Below, one piece after another: positions 20,915 to 30,179 of a stretch of DNA of 64,000 nucleotides (positions are counted from its first letter, which is position 1; the number at the start of each line of letters is the position of its first letter). The translations under genes were made by a program, and so were the position numbers. The DNA lies in assembly GCA_964590255.1 (NCBI GenBank), contig CAZPYA010000015.1, positions 2,085-66,084 of the forward strand, read 5' to 3'. This DNA is from an uncultured bacterium. GTDB taxonomy: Bacteria > Armatimonadota > Hebobacteria > CAIYQO01. A model generated the notes under the pieces. That model saw only the letters and a program-made list of their open reading frames with translations. It ran no database searches and was not told the origin of the DNA.

Positions 20915-21634
20915 TCACTTCGCGGGCGTGGCGGCGATGCCTTTGAAGGCCTTGCCCTTCCAGGCGTAGGTGTAGACCATCGCGACTTGTTTCCCGCCTT
21001 TATGCACAGCGGCGGTGACCAGCAAGTCAGGCTTGCCGTCATGCGTGGCATCGCGCACGGCCAGATCCTGCACGGCGCCGGCGATGGTGCGAATCCAGAT
21101 GGTGGCTTCGCCGCGCACCACCCAGAGTTTCGTCGCCGGGTTGCCGATGAGGTTGGTCAGCGCGTAGGCGATCTCTTCGCTTTTGTCGCCGTCGAAGTCG
21201 CCGGCCTTCCAGGCGAGGCGGCGGCCGGGGGAGAAGTGTTCGATTTTGCCGATTTTCGGCGCCACGGAGAGGACGCGCGTGTTCGGCGACCAGTCCATGC
21301 GCAGGCCCAGCGCGCGACCGAGGCCGCCAGCGGGGGCGTAGAAGCTGCCGTCGCTCACCAGCACCGGCGCGGGCAGCAGCTCGGCGCGGCCGTTCGCCAT
21401 CATCTGCGGGCGGTTGGCCACCAGCGACACGGTCGTCTGGCCTTTGGTGATGACGATGCCGCCGCTGGCGCGGTCGGGCGACACCGCCGCTCCCGCCAGG
21501 TCGGCCAGCGTCTTCACGGCGATGAGCATCACCCCGTTCGCCTCGATCCCTTCCGGACGGGCGGCCTGCGCGCCGGCCGGCAGCGCCAGGCCCAGCAGCA
21601 GCGCACCGAGCAGCGCGAATACGAGAGAGCGCAT
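20915..21634 (-). CDS. Secreted copper-amine-oxidase-N (stalk) domain protein with FG-GAP-like motifs
   Basis: Signal peptide; NG..LL.APVL..G..YAP..LG..W; GDFDGD and DATHDGKPD motifs. Confidence 0.7.
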   Translation of the reverse strand: MRSLVFALLGALLLGLALPAGAQAARPEGIEANGVMLIAVKTLADLAGAAVSPDRASGGIVITKGQTTVSLVANRPQMMANGRAELLPAPVLVSDGSFYAPAGGLGRALGLRMDWSPNTRVLSVAPKIGKIEHFSPGRRLAWKAGDFDGDKSEEIAYALTNLIGNPATKLWVVRGEATIWIRTIAGAVQDLAVRDATHDGKPDLLVTAAVHKGGKQVAMVYTYAWKGKAFKGIAATPAK

Positions 21635-21703
21635 GGTAAATACCTCCCACAACGCAGAGTCAGATACCTGATTATACCCGATTGCCGGATGCTCAGCGTA
21701 TTA

Positions 21704-22675
21704 TTACCGCGGCACCGGCACGCTGGCCATCACGCTTTCGATCAATTGGTCGGTGGTGAGGCCTTCCAGCTCCGCTTCCGGGCGCAGGATGACGCGGTGG
21801 CGGAGGATGGGGCGGGCGACGATTTTGACGTCGTCGGGGGTCATGAAGGAGCGGCCTTCCAGCGCGGCCAGCGCCTGGCTGCAGCGCAACAGCGCCACGG
21901 CGGCGCGCGGGCTGCCGCCGAGGATGACCGGGTGGGCGGTGCGGGTGGCGGTCACCACGTCGATGAGGTATTTCAGCACGCCGTCTTCCACGGTGATGTG
22001 TTTCACCTCGTCTTTGGCCGCCGCCAGCATCTCCGGCGACACCACCGCCTTCACGTCGGTGAGCGCCAGCTTGTGCGGGTCAAAGCCGTCGCGGTGCAGA
22101 CGCAGCATGGCCAACTCCTCGGCCGGGGCGGGATAGTCTACCTTCAGCTTCATCAGGAAACGGTCGAGCTGCGCCTCGGGCAGCGGGTAGGTCCCTTCGT
22201 ATTCGATGGGGTTCTGCGTCGCGATGACGAAGAAGGGCACGGGCAGCGGGTGGTCGACGCCGTCGATGCTCACCCGGCGCTCTTCCATCGCCTGCAGCAG
22301 CGCGGCCTGGGTCTTCGGCGGGGTGCGGTTGATCTCGTCCGCCATCAGGAAGGCGGTGAAAATCGGCCCCTGCTTTACGAAGAACTCCGCCGACTTCATG
22401 TCATACACGGTGGTGCCGATGATGTCGGAGGGCATCAGGTCGGGGGTGAACTGCACGCGGCGGAAGGTGAGGTTGAGGCTGGCGGCCAGCGTGCGCGCCA
22501 TCAGCGTCTTCGCCGTGCCCGGCACGCCTTCAAGCAGCACGTGCCCATCCGCCAGCAGGCAGATGAGCATCCCTTCGATGACCGCCTCCTGCCCCTTCAC
22601 CGCTTTGGCGATCTCGGCCTTCACCGCCGTCGCCAGTTGTTCCACCGCGCCGCTCACCGGCATCGCATCGATCAT
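21704..22675 (-). CDS. MoxR-family AAA+ ATPase
   Basis: GVPGTAKT, QFTPDLMPSD, DEINRTPPKTQAALL, ATQNPIEYEGTYPLPEAQLDRF. Confidence 0.95.
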   Translation of the reverse strand: MIDAMPVSGAVEQLATAVKAEIAKAVKGQEAVIEGMLICLLADGHVLLEGVPGTAKTLMARTLAASLNLTFRRVQFTPDLMPSDIIGTTVYDMKSAEFFVKQGPIFTAFLMADEINRTPPKTQAALLQAMEERRVSIDGVDHPLPVPFFVIATQNPIEYEGTYPLPEAQLDRFLMKLKVDYPAPAEELAMLRLHRDGFDPHKLALTDVKAVVSPEMLAAAKDEVKHITVEDGVLKYLIDVVTATRTAHPVILGGSPRAAVALLRCSQALAALEGRSFMTPDDVKIVARPILRHRVILRPEAELEGLTTDQLIESVMASVPVPR

Positions 22676-22735
22676 GATATGCTCCTTCATTTTCGTTGTA
22701 TGCGCGCGCCCGCATCCCCGCTGCCGGATTACTGA

Positions 22736-24100
22736 TTATGTCTTCGCGTGCAGCATGCGTTGGATCTCTCCCGACAGGCGCAATAGCGCGTCGGGGTCGG
22801 GGCGTTTTTGATGGGTCATATGTTCGAGTTGGCTCAGCACGCGTTCGAGCTGGGCCTGGTCCACCACCGCGTGACCGGCGTTGGCCTGCAGGATGCGCGC
22901 AGTCGGGGCAGTGGGCGACACACCCAGCCGGCGCCCCAACTCGCGGCGCAGCAGCACGTCGAGCCGCTCGCGCACCACGTGGGTGGCGCGGGCGCGTTCG
23001 AGGAGCGCGGCCATGGCGGTAAGGTATTCCGCGCGGGAGCGCGAGAAGCGTTCCTCCGCCGGCAACTGCGCGGGGCCGAAGCGCCAGGCGAGTACGGCGA
23101 AGAGCAGCAGCAGCGCCCCGACGAGCTGGAGGATGCCGATTTTCGCGATCTTCGGCAGCAATTGCCACACGGTTGTCTGGTTGCCGAAGCCCTGGTGGTA
23201 TTCGTCGAAGATGACCGGCGCGCCGGGTTTCAGATCGGCGATGGCGCGCACGAATTCCAGGTTGTCGCCGGCGTCGATGCCGCCGTTGGAGAAAGACCAC
23301 GGGCTGCAGCACCAGATGATGCCGCCGTCGCCCACCCGCGAGTAGGCGGCCACCACGCCGGCGTCGTCGCGATAGAGCGGCACCACGCTGCCCAGCCGCT
23401 CGATCTGCCGGTGGTCCAGCGGGATCGTATCATTGAAGCGCCGGAAGGCGTAGACTTCCAGCTTCGGCGCGCGCTCGCCGAGGAAGGAGGGCGTCACCGG
23501 CTTCGCCAGCGTATGCTCCAGCGGGATGTCCGGCGGGCCCAGCGGCGTCCAGTTGTCCGGGCGTTTAGGTGTCTGCGTCCCCGGGGCATCGGGATCCGGC
23601 TCGGTGCTCGACACGGCGGTGAGCCAGGATTCATCGAGCTGTTCCGCTTCCAGCATCTGCTGCTCAGGGTCGAAATTCGTGCGCGAGCCCAGCAGCGCGG
23701 GAAGGACATCGCTATGAAACTCCGTGAGGATGAGCGCGTGGTTGCCCTGACGCAGCCACGCGAGCAGCTCATCGCCTTCCTTTTTGGCAATCGAACGATT
23801 GATGGGCTGGCCCATCTCCACCTGCTCGCGCTCCGGCGGCGGGTCGGCGATAACGAGCAGGCCGCCGTCCTGCGGCAGCAGATTGTAGGCCCGCGTCTGC
23901 CGCTGCACCGGGTAGCCCAGGTCGCGCAGCGCCAGGTACAGCGCCTTGTAGCCTTCCGGCATGGTGCGGTAGGTGCTGCGCTGCACTGCCAGCGGATTGG
24001 CCTGCGACTTGTCGACACCCTCGCGATGGGACACAACGGCGATGAAGACGAAGAAGGCGATGAGCCCGAGCAGGATGACGATTTCCAGGCGTTTGCTCAT
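22736..24100 (-). CDS. DUF4350-domain membrane protein
   Basis: STY..PEGYKALY, FSNGGID..DN, FDEYHQG, RFGP; position before MoxR. Confidence 0.8.
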   Translation of the reverse strand: MSKRLEIVILLGLIAFFVFIAVVSHREGVDKSQANPLAVQRSTYRTMPEGYKALYLALRDLGYPVQRQTRAYNLLPQDGGLLVIADPPPEREQVEMGQPINRSIAKKEGDELLAWLRQGNHALILTEFHSDVLPALLGSRTNFDPEQQMLEAEQLDESWLTAVSSTEPDPDAPGTQTPKRPDNWTPLGPPDIPLEHTLAKPVTPSFLGERAPKLEVYAFRRFNDTIPLDHRQIERLGSVVPLYRDDAGVVAAYSRVGDGGIIWCCSPWSFSNGGIDAGDNLEFVRAIADLKPGAPVIFDEYHQGFGNQTTVWQLLPKIAKIGILQLVGALLLLFAVLAWRFGPAQLPAEERFSRSRAEYLTAMAALLERARATHVVRERLDVLLRRELGRRLGVSPTAPTARILQANAGHAVVDQAQLERVLSQLEHMTHQKRPDPDALLRLSGEIQRMLHAKT

Positions 24101-25155
24101 CGAGAGTCTCCCACCACGGTCTCGCGGAACTGGCGGGTGTGCTCCAGCACCGAGGTAAATTCTTCGGTGGAGACGGGCAGAAAGCCATACCAGCTTCGGT
24201 CAAAGCAGCGCACCACCGGGCGCAGCGACTCCGTGACCGGCCCGCGGCCCTGGCGGCGTAGCTCGCGCAGCACTTCGCCATTGGCCCGCGCGTCGTCATA
24301 GCGCAGCATGCCGCGCACGTCCAGCAGCACCAGGCAGGCGCGGGTGAGGTGGCGCAGCGCCGCGCGCTCGTCGCCGGCGTCCCAACAGCTCTGCGCCTGC
24401 TGCAGCGAGCGCTCCCAGAAGGTGGGCTCCTGCTTGCGGGTGGCCACCGGCAGCCCGTCATCGTCGCGCACCTGCTCGACGGCGGCGCGGCGGCGGGCGG
24501 CGGCCAGCAGATGGCTGGCGATGAAGCCGAGGATGAAGAGGATGGCCACCCCCAGCAGCACCAGCAGCAGTGTTTTCATCCCGGACGGCATCATCGTCGG
24601 AATGGGAGAGGGCCGGGCGGGTTGCGGATTGATGCGCAGCGGCTTGAAGAGCTTGTCCAGCCAGCGGCCGAACCGATTGAGCCCGTCACCCACCCACTGC
24701 CAGAAGGCGTTCCACTTCGCTTTGATCCAGGCTCCCACGTCATGCAGCCATTTTTGCGCGCCGGTGAGCGCCGCGGGTGTCTTCGTGCGCCGCAGCGACT
24801 GAAATTCGTTGCGTGCCAGCACGGTGCCCAGCGCTTTGCGGGCATCGGCGGCGGGGATGGCGGAACGGGCGGACAGCCGCGCCACCTGGCGCAGTGCCTG
24901 CACTTCGCGGCGGGCGCGGGCCAGCGTGGGGCGGTCGACGGTGCCGGCGGCTTCGCGGAGGGTGGGGCAACTGTCGGCCGGCACGAGCGCCAGCGCCTCG
25001 CGCACGCGGGCGGCGCGCTGTTCGGGGTGCGTCTCGGCACGGGTCAGCAGGCGTTCCGCCTCCGCCAACCGGCGGGCCAGCGCGGGGTCGGCCGCGCGCG
25101 CCAGCAGCGGCAGCAGGCAGAGCAGGCAGGCCATCCAGGCGATCTTACCGCGCAT
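24097..25155 (-). CDS. DUF4129-domain membrane protein
   Basis: C-terminal A.R....L..L......D..N.E..R...F...WYG pattern; central TM helix. Confidence 0.8.
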   Translation of the reverse strand: MRGKIAWMACLLCLLPLLARAADPALARRLAEAERLLTRAETHPEQRAARVREALALVPADSCPTLREAAGTVDRPTLARARREVQALRQVARLSARSAIPAADARKALGTVLARNEFQSLRRTKTPAALTGAQKWLHDVGAWIKAKWNAFWQWVGDGLNRFGRWLDKLFKPLRINPQPARPSPIPTMMPSGMKTLLLVLLGVAILFILGFIASHLLAAARRRAAVEQVRDDDGLPVATRKQEPTFWERSLQQAQSCWDAGDERAALRHLTRACLVLLDVRGMLRYDDARANGEVLRELRRQGRGPVTESLRPVVRCFDRSWYGFLPVSTEEFTSVLEHTRQFRETVVGDSR

Positions 25156-26371
25156 CCGCGTCCTCCTGTTCCCGGAGCGGCGGCGCCGGCGCGGCCTCAG
25201 CCGGCGGGGCGGCGGTGTCATCCGGAATCGTGACGACCGGGGGAGGCGCGGAATAGTCCGGCACCGTGACGACCGGCGGGGGCGCGGAATAATCGGGGTA
25301 ACCGGCGACCGGGGCCGGCTGGGAGAGGCCGGTGACGGCGGAGGTCGTCGCCACGGGTGGCGCGGCGTAATTCGGGTAGGCGGTGGCCGCCGGTTGATAG
25401 GCGGCCTGCAGCAGGGCCTGTTCCACCGGTTCGCCCAATCCCAGGGTGTGGGCGAGCATCACCAGGTCGAAGCCTTCGACGCGGCAGCGGCCGTCGATAT
25501 ACATCAGCGCCTGCAGGCAAGCGAGCATGGCCATGAAGACGATGCCGGTGAGCACCGACACGATGGTCGAGAAGAGGTTGAAGCTGAGCGAGGCTTCGAC
25601 GCCGCGCCCCAGGAACGTGGCCAGCCAGATGATCCAGATGTTCAGCGGCAGGAAGAGCAGCGGAATCTGCATGTAGGCGAAGAGCGCCCAGAAGTAGGTT
25701 TTGAACTGGCTGGAGGCCAGGCGGAAGCTGCGCCCGATGGCGGCGAATGGCCCCAGGTGTTCCTGGGCCAGCGCCACCGGGGTGAACACGAAGAAGGTGG
25801 CGACCAGCGTGAAGGCCAGCGACGCCGCGGTAAGGGCGGCCAGCGCGCCGATGACGCCGCCGACGATGGCGCCGGGTTGCTCACCCACCGCCATGCCGAG
25901 GGCGATAAAGATCCAGAAGACGACCATGCAGGCGATGACGATGACGATGCCGGCGACGACGGTGATGATGCCGAAGATGATGCCGGCCACCAGCAGGCTC
26001 CAGAACGGCTTGGCCATCAGCTTGAGGGCGTCGGTGAAGGAGCGATGGATGCCGAGGGCGTGCCCGACGGCGATGCGCAATTGGGCGATGCCGGCGAAGC
26101 TGAAGGCAACCCACGACACGACGCTGTAGGCGATGATGAAGTACCAGAACTCGGCGCTCTCCAGCATCTCCCGGGCGGCTTCCTCGCTCAGCTCCGCCTG
26201 GAAGTTGCCGGGCATCTGCCGCAGCATCATCGCGACAAAGGCCACCACCAGCACCGCCGGCACGACGCCGGCGAGCAGCAGCGACGCAACGCGCTCGCGA
26301 AACAACGCAAAACTATCATCCAGCAGGTCGCGCAGACGATACTGGCGCACCCAGGGTGTCATTCCGGCCAT
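25145..26371 (-). CDS. Multi-TM membrane protein of the MoxR cluster, Pro-rich repeat tail
   Basis: DLLDDSFALFR start, AIGRSFRL, YIDGRCRVEGFDL; C-terminal PDYSAPPPVVT repeats. Confidence 0.8.
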   Translation of the reverse strand: MAGMTPWVRQYRLRDLLDDSFALFRERVASLLLAGVVPAVLVVAFVAMMLRQMPGNFQAELSEEAAREMLESAEFWYFIIAYSVVSWVAFSFAGIAQLRIAVGHALGIHRSFTDALKLMAKPFWSLLVAGIIFGIITVVAGIVIVIACMVVFWIFIALGMAVGEQPGAIVGGVIGALAALTAASLAFTLVATFFVFTPVALAQEHLGPFAAIGRSFRLASSQFKTYFWALFAYMQIPLLFLPLNIWIIWLATFLGRGVEASLSFNLFSTIVSVLTGIVFMAMLACLQALMYIDGRCRVEGFDLVMLAHTLGLGEPVEQALLQAAYQPAATAYPNYAAPPVATTSAVTGLSQPAPVAGYPDYSAPPPVVTVPDYSAPPPVVTIPDDTAAPPAEAAPAPPLREQEDADAR

Positions 26372-26507
26372 GGCGCATCCTTGTTGGCTCGTGCAATATT
26401 CTCCTTGTTCGCCGTCGCCGCGCGACTCCCTGCCAATTACCCGGACATTCTCGCGTCGGGCCACGTTTGCACACAGGCGCTTGCTTGCCTTCCGGGCAAG
26501 CTCTGAC

Positions 26508-26663
26508 TTATCCACAGGGCGCCTGGGGATAAAGTGAGCGCTCTTTGTGGAAAGAAGCGCACAATCTGGGGATAAGCGCTGTATCTTTCCACAAGTTGCC
26601 TCTTGACACGTACAAATACGCACGGATTTCCGCGGTAGAATGCCATGTGGGAGTTGTGGATAA
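26508..26663. promoter_or_regulatory. DnaA-box cluster (candidate oriC or DnaA regulatory/titration site)
   Basis: Perfect TTATCCACA at 26508 (+) and 26655 (-); near-consensus boxes at 26524, 26546, 26567, 26585, 26646. Confidence 0.7.
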
Positions 26664-26686
26664 CATCACGACATCGGGAGACCACC

Positions 26687-27070
26687 ATGCACTACACGGT
26701 ACTCATCATCGACGATCAGTGGTCCATGCAGGAATTGGCGCGCATCGTGCTGCAGACGGCGGGGTATCGCGTGCTCGTCGCGGGCGACGTCGCCACCGGC
26801 CTGAGCCTGGCGCGCACCGAGCGGCCGTCGGCCATCGTGCTGGATGCGGCGATGCCCGGGCAGGATGCCGCGCACCTGCTGCACGAGCTGCGCCTGGGGC
26901 GCGGCACCGCGCGCATTCCCGTCGTGCTCATCACGCCGGACGTCACCAGCGAAGCATTGACGCGGGAGGTAGCCGCCGCCCGCACGAACTGCCTGCGCAA
27001 GCCGTTTCCGGCGCCGAAGCTGCTCACCGTGGTGAACCGCGCCATCCGGCGATTGCCGATGGCGGGGTGA
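26687..27070 (+). CDS. Single-domain response regulator
   Basis: VLIIDD, VLDAAMP, LRKPF. Confidence 0.85.
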   Translation: MHYTVLIIDDQWSMQELARIVLQTAGYRVLVAGDVATGLSLARTERPSAIVLDAAMPGQDAAHLLHELRLGRGTARIPVVLITPDVTSEALTREVAAARTNCLRKPFPAPKLLTVVNRAIRRLPMAG

Positions 27071-27134
27071 GCTTGCCAACCGACTGCGCAGGCGCTACAA
27101 TGCCGGTATTCTACTCAACTGGCAGGATGCGCCC

Positions 27135-27935
27135 ATGCGCCTGTATTTTTCGCGCACCGAGCAAATCGTCGTGGCCCTGCTGCTGCTGGCCATATTGGCG
27201 GCGCTGGGGGTGATGGCCGCTCGCCGCGGTCGCGGCGTGCTGACCCGCCAGGAGGCGCCGCTGTTGCAGAGCGCCGCGACGACGGGGCCGCAACCATTGG
27301 ACGCCGCTCCCGCTACCGGCGGGGGGCCGGTGGTCTACGTGGTGGGGGCGGTGCAGCGGCCGGGCCTGTATACGCTGGCGCCGGGCGCGCGGTTGCACGA
27401 CGCGCTGCAGGCCGCTGGCGGCCCCCGCGCCGACGGCGCCCCGCAGGCGCTGAACCTGGCCGACCGCGCCATCGACGGCCAGCGCATCGAAGTGCCCACG
27501 ACGACGGAATATCAGCGCCTGCGCGCCAGCCAACCCGCCCATCCGCTGGTGACCACCCCCGCGCCACGCACGACGACACGGCAGCCGGCCAACCGATCAG
27601 CGCATGCCGGCGCCCCCGCCATGTCCGCCAGGCCCGCCCCCGCGCAGCCGTATGCCGGCCTGGTAACGGCGGAGAGCACGGCGCCCGCCAATACGGCAAC
27701 GGCGACCGTCACTTCGGCCGCCGTAACGGCGGTGAAGGCGCCGGCTATCGTCCACCTGAACAGCGCCACGCAGGCCGAACTGGAAACGCTGCCCGGCGTC
27801 GGCCCCAGCACCGCGCAGAAGATCCTCGACTACCGCGCCGCCAATGGGCCGTTCAAAGCGGTCGATGATCTGGACAACGTGAAGGGCATCGGCCCGGCGA
27901 AGCTGGAGAAGATACGGCCGTTCGCGGCGTTGTGA
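27135..27935 (+). CDS. comEA: Competence protein ComEA (SLBB + HhH)
   Basis: N-terminal TM; VVGAVQRPGLY; LNSATQAELETLPGVGP; VKGIG. Confidence 0.92.
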   Translation: MRLYFSRTEQIVVALLLLAILAALGVMAARRGRGVLTRQEAPLLQSAATTGPQPLDAAPATGGGPVVYVVGAVQRPGLYTLAPGARLHDALQAAGGPRADGAPQALNLADRAIDGQRIEVPTTTEYQRLRASQPAHPLVTTPAPRTTTRQPANRSAHAGAPAMSARPAPAQPYAGLVTAESTAPANTATATVTSAAVTAVKAPAIVHLNSATQAELETLPGVGPSTAQKILDYRAANGPFKAVDDLDNVKGIGPAKLEKIRPFAAL

Positions 27936-28295
27936 GGGAGTCGGAAAATCGGTACTTGATCGCATTACGGGTGGAACAGTGAGCTCAACACGTTGCAGAT
28001 GATTGCGTAATGCGTTACAGTAACCGAACGGAGGATACTAGTAGGGGGAAAACGGTATGCCGTTGTGTGGGACGCTCTCAACGGTGCCCCCGCCAGCTTT
28101 CACGTCGACGTCGTCACTGACAAGGTGATCCCCGTTCTGTACGGCACCGGGCAGGGGGATGTGGCGTGGGGGTTCGCGACAACTCCAACACTATTAGATA
28201 CATAAAATCATGATTGTTGCATCGTGATATTGAGTAATTGCATCCAGTAGTTATGCCGTCAGTTAGCAAATAGGATAGCAGTTACTGTGTAACAG

Positions 28296-29489
28296 CTATC
28301 CTATCGTAAAATTGATCGGATTGTAATCAAGTAATAATTTCTGAATATTCTCGTGACGCAATGCTGTTTCTGGCTGATATACTGTTTTAATTCTAAAAAT
28401 ATACTGGCGTGTAGTAAAATTAATATTATCTGCCTGTATTCTATCGGTAATACTATCGGATAGCTTTCCTTTGATCTTATCTCCCTCTGATGTCTCAATA
28501 ACAAATGAAGGAGTCTTAACGCTGAAGTTTACGTCAAGGAATACTCCTTCAACATCCTCGATATCTATTATTTCTTGAAACTCTGCATTGATCACTTTAC
28601 GTACTTCATTTGCCGATTCTTTATCTATATTTGCCGTGGAAACTACCTCATTAATATGGTCTGCAAGAGTTGTCGTCAATTCTAAGTCATACTTTCGTAT
28701 GGTGTTCAATACTGTTAAGTATTCTTTTATGAATCCTTCGTCCCTGAATTGACTGATTAAGTTCCGAAAATCAACATCAGTTCTAGCTGTAACAAGATTT
28801 ATTACTCTTGTATAATCATTTATGTCTAACTCCCCTTGGAATAGATCAGCCCCATTTATCTCGATCGTAGCTCCGAACGATGATACTTGGAATTGTGGAA
28901 AACGTACGTATTCATTAAACTGTTGCTTCGTCATTCTGAATGCTTGTTGCAATATCGTTAAAAACGGTTGAAATATACCGGAAATTGCCCATGGCTTGAC
29001 CCCAGCGAGCAACTCTTTGCCTTGTACATACAGGTTAAATATTACATGTTGCCGATCTTTTGCCACTGCTAATGATCTTTCGGTACCATAGTATTCCGCC
29101 GAAACAGGAGGACAATAAATGCGGTAATCAGCAGGGATGGGATTCATCTCGGAAAATCTATCTGCTGGAATGATGAACGACTCTATAATATTCCCTGTCA
29201 TTTCTTCGAGATGGAACGCAAAAATAACCCCCGCCAATGACTCCGAGAAGATTTCGTTAACAGAAATGATTCCTAGGCGTAAATCCAATAACTTATTAGC
29301 CGTAACACGTGCAAGGATTCTTTGTTCACAATTATCAGGTAGATATGTGGAAAGATAAGAGATATACTCATGACCCGAGCTATCTCTCTCAACATTAAGT
29401 ATTGGGTAATCTTGAAAATCAAGTAGGTCGACACATTCAAGAATACCCAATGGATTAAATGGTATTTTGTAATTTGCTAGATTCATCAT
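28296..29489 (-). CDS. Hypothetical protein with DUF6575-like N-terminal domain
   Basis: 397-aa ORF in AT-rich DNA; LGILECVDLLDFQDYPIL..DSSGHEYISY..VTANKLLDLRLGIISV pattern; family recalled from memory. Confidence 0.65.
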   Translation of the reverse strand: MMNLANYKIPFNPLGILECVDLLDFQDYPILNVERDSSGHEYISYLSTYLPDNCEQRILARVTANKLLDLRLGIISVNEIFSESLAGVIFAFHLEEMTGNIIESFIIPADRFSEMNPIPADYRIYCPPVSAEYYGTERSLAVAKDRQHVIFNLYVQGKELLAGVKPWAISGIFQPFLTILQQAFRMTKQQFNEYVRFPQFQVSSFGATIEINGADLFQGELDINDYTRVINLVTARTDVDFRNLISQFRDEGFIKEYLTVLNTIRKYDLELTTTLADHINEVVSTANIDKESANEVRKVINAEFQEIIDIEDVEGVFLDVNFSVKTPSFVIETSEGDKIKGKLSDSITDRIQADNINFTTRQYIFRIKTVYQPETALRHENIQKLLLDYNPINFTIG

Positions 29490-29872
29490 ATCCCCGCAAT
29501 CTTCTGCACATCAACGCACCGCAAATTATGCGCAGCAACACCTTCATATAGCCAAAGTGTATAATGGTTTTTATCGTATGTATGAAGCATGCCGTGTTGT
29601 GGTAGTATTTCTATTTTTGCGACATATCCACCGTGAATAGGACGATTTCTCGTTACAGACTCATGGTATACCCTCTCTGCACTAGCAAAATTACTAAAGA
29701 AAGAGATGCCATGCGCTTTGCACTGCGACTTGTAGCGCCCATTATATAATTCAACATATGACTTTAAATCATCATCAGTGAGTATTTCCCCTGAGACAAT
29801 CCTGAATAGTACTATTGTCTGCTCACCAGACCCACCAATTGGGCAGTATGGCGGAAGATCGAGTTTATACAT
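29486..29872 (-). CDS. Small hypothetical protein, putative ADP-ribosyltransferase-like fold
   Basis: LPPYCP..VLFR..KSY..CKAHGISFF..HYTLW; ATGA overlap with downstream gene. Confidence 0.6.
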   Translation of the reverse strand: MYKLDLPPYCPIGGSGEQTIVLFRIVSGEILTDDDLKSYVELYNGRYKSQCKAHGISFFSNFASAERVYHESVTRNRPIHGGYVAKIEILPQHGMLHTYDKNHYTLWLYEGVAAHNLRCVDVQKIAGI

Positions 29873-30179
29873 TACACTTTTTTCCTATCGTGTATAATCC
29901 TTCATGGTCACAAACCGACCAAGTTCATGTTGCATGTTGTAATACTACCCAATATCCAGATGGTTGTCAAAGAGATACTACCATTGCGATATACTACTCC
30001 GGCAGTGGTAAGATTGTATTGGTTCATTGCATTTCGAGCTGGTGCACCTCGATCAATGCAACTCTACCACTGCCGTGGTAGTAATATGCCAGACATACTT
30101 ACGTTCTGCAGGTTAGACAACCTTAAATCGTTGTATTGCAAAGCTATGGTAGTATCCATAGGCATATGATGCCATGTAA

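Larger units (their letters stand above)
28180..30175. other. AT-rich horizontally acquired island
   Basis: Abrupt switch from GC-rich host sequence to AT-rich sequence and back; boundaries approximate. Confidence 0.85.

Noticed and set aside
25220-25300. 36-bp tandem repeat
   Set aside because: Coding repeat (PDYSAPPPVVT) in a low-complexity protein tail
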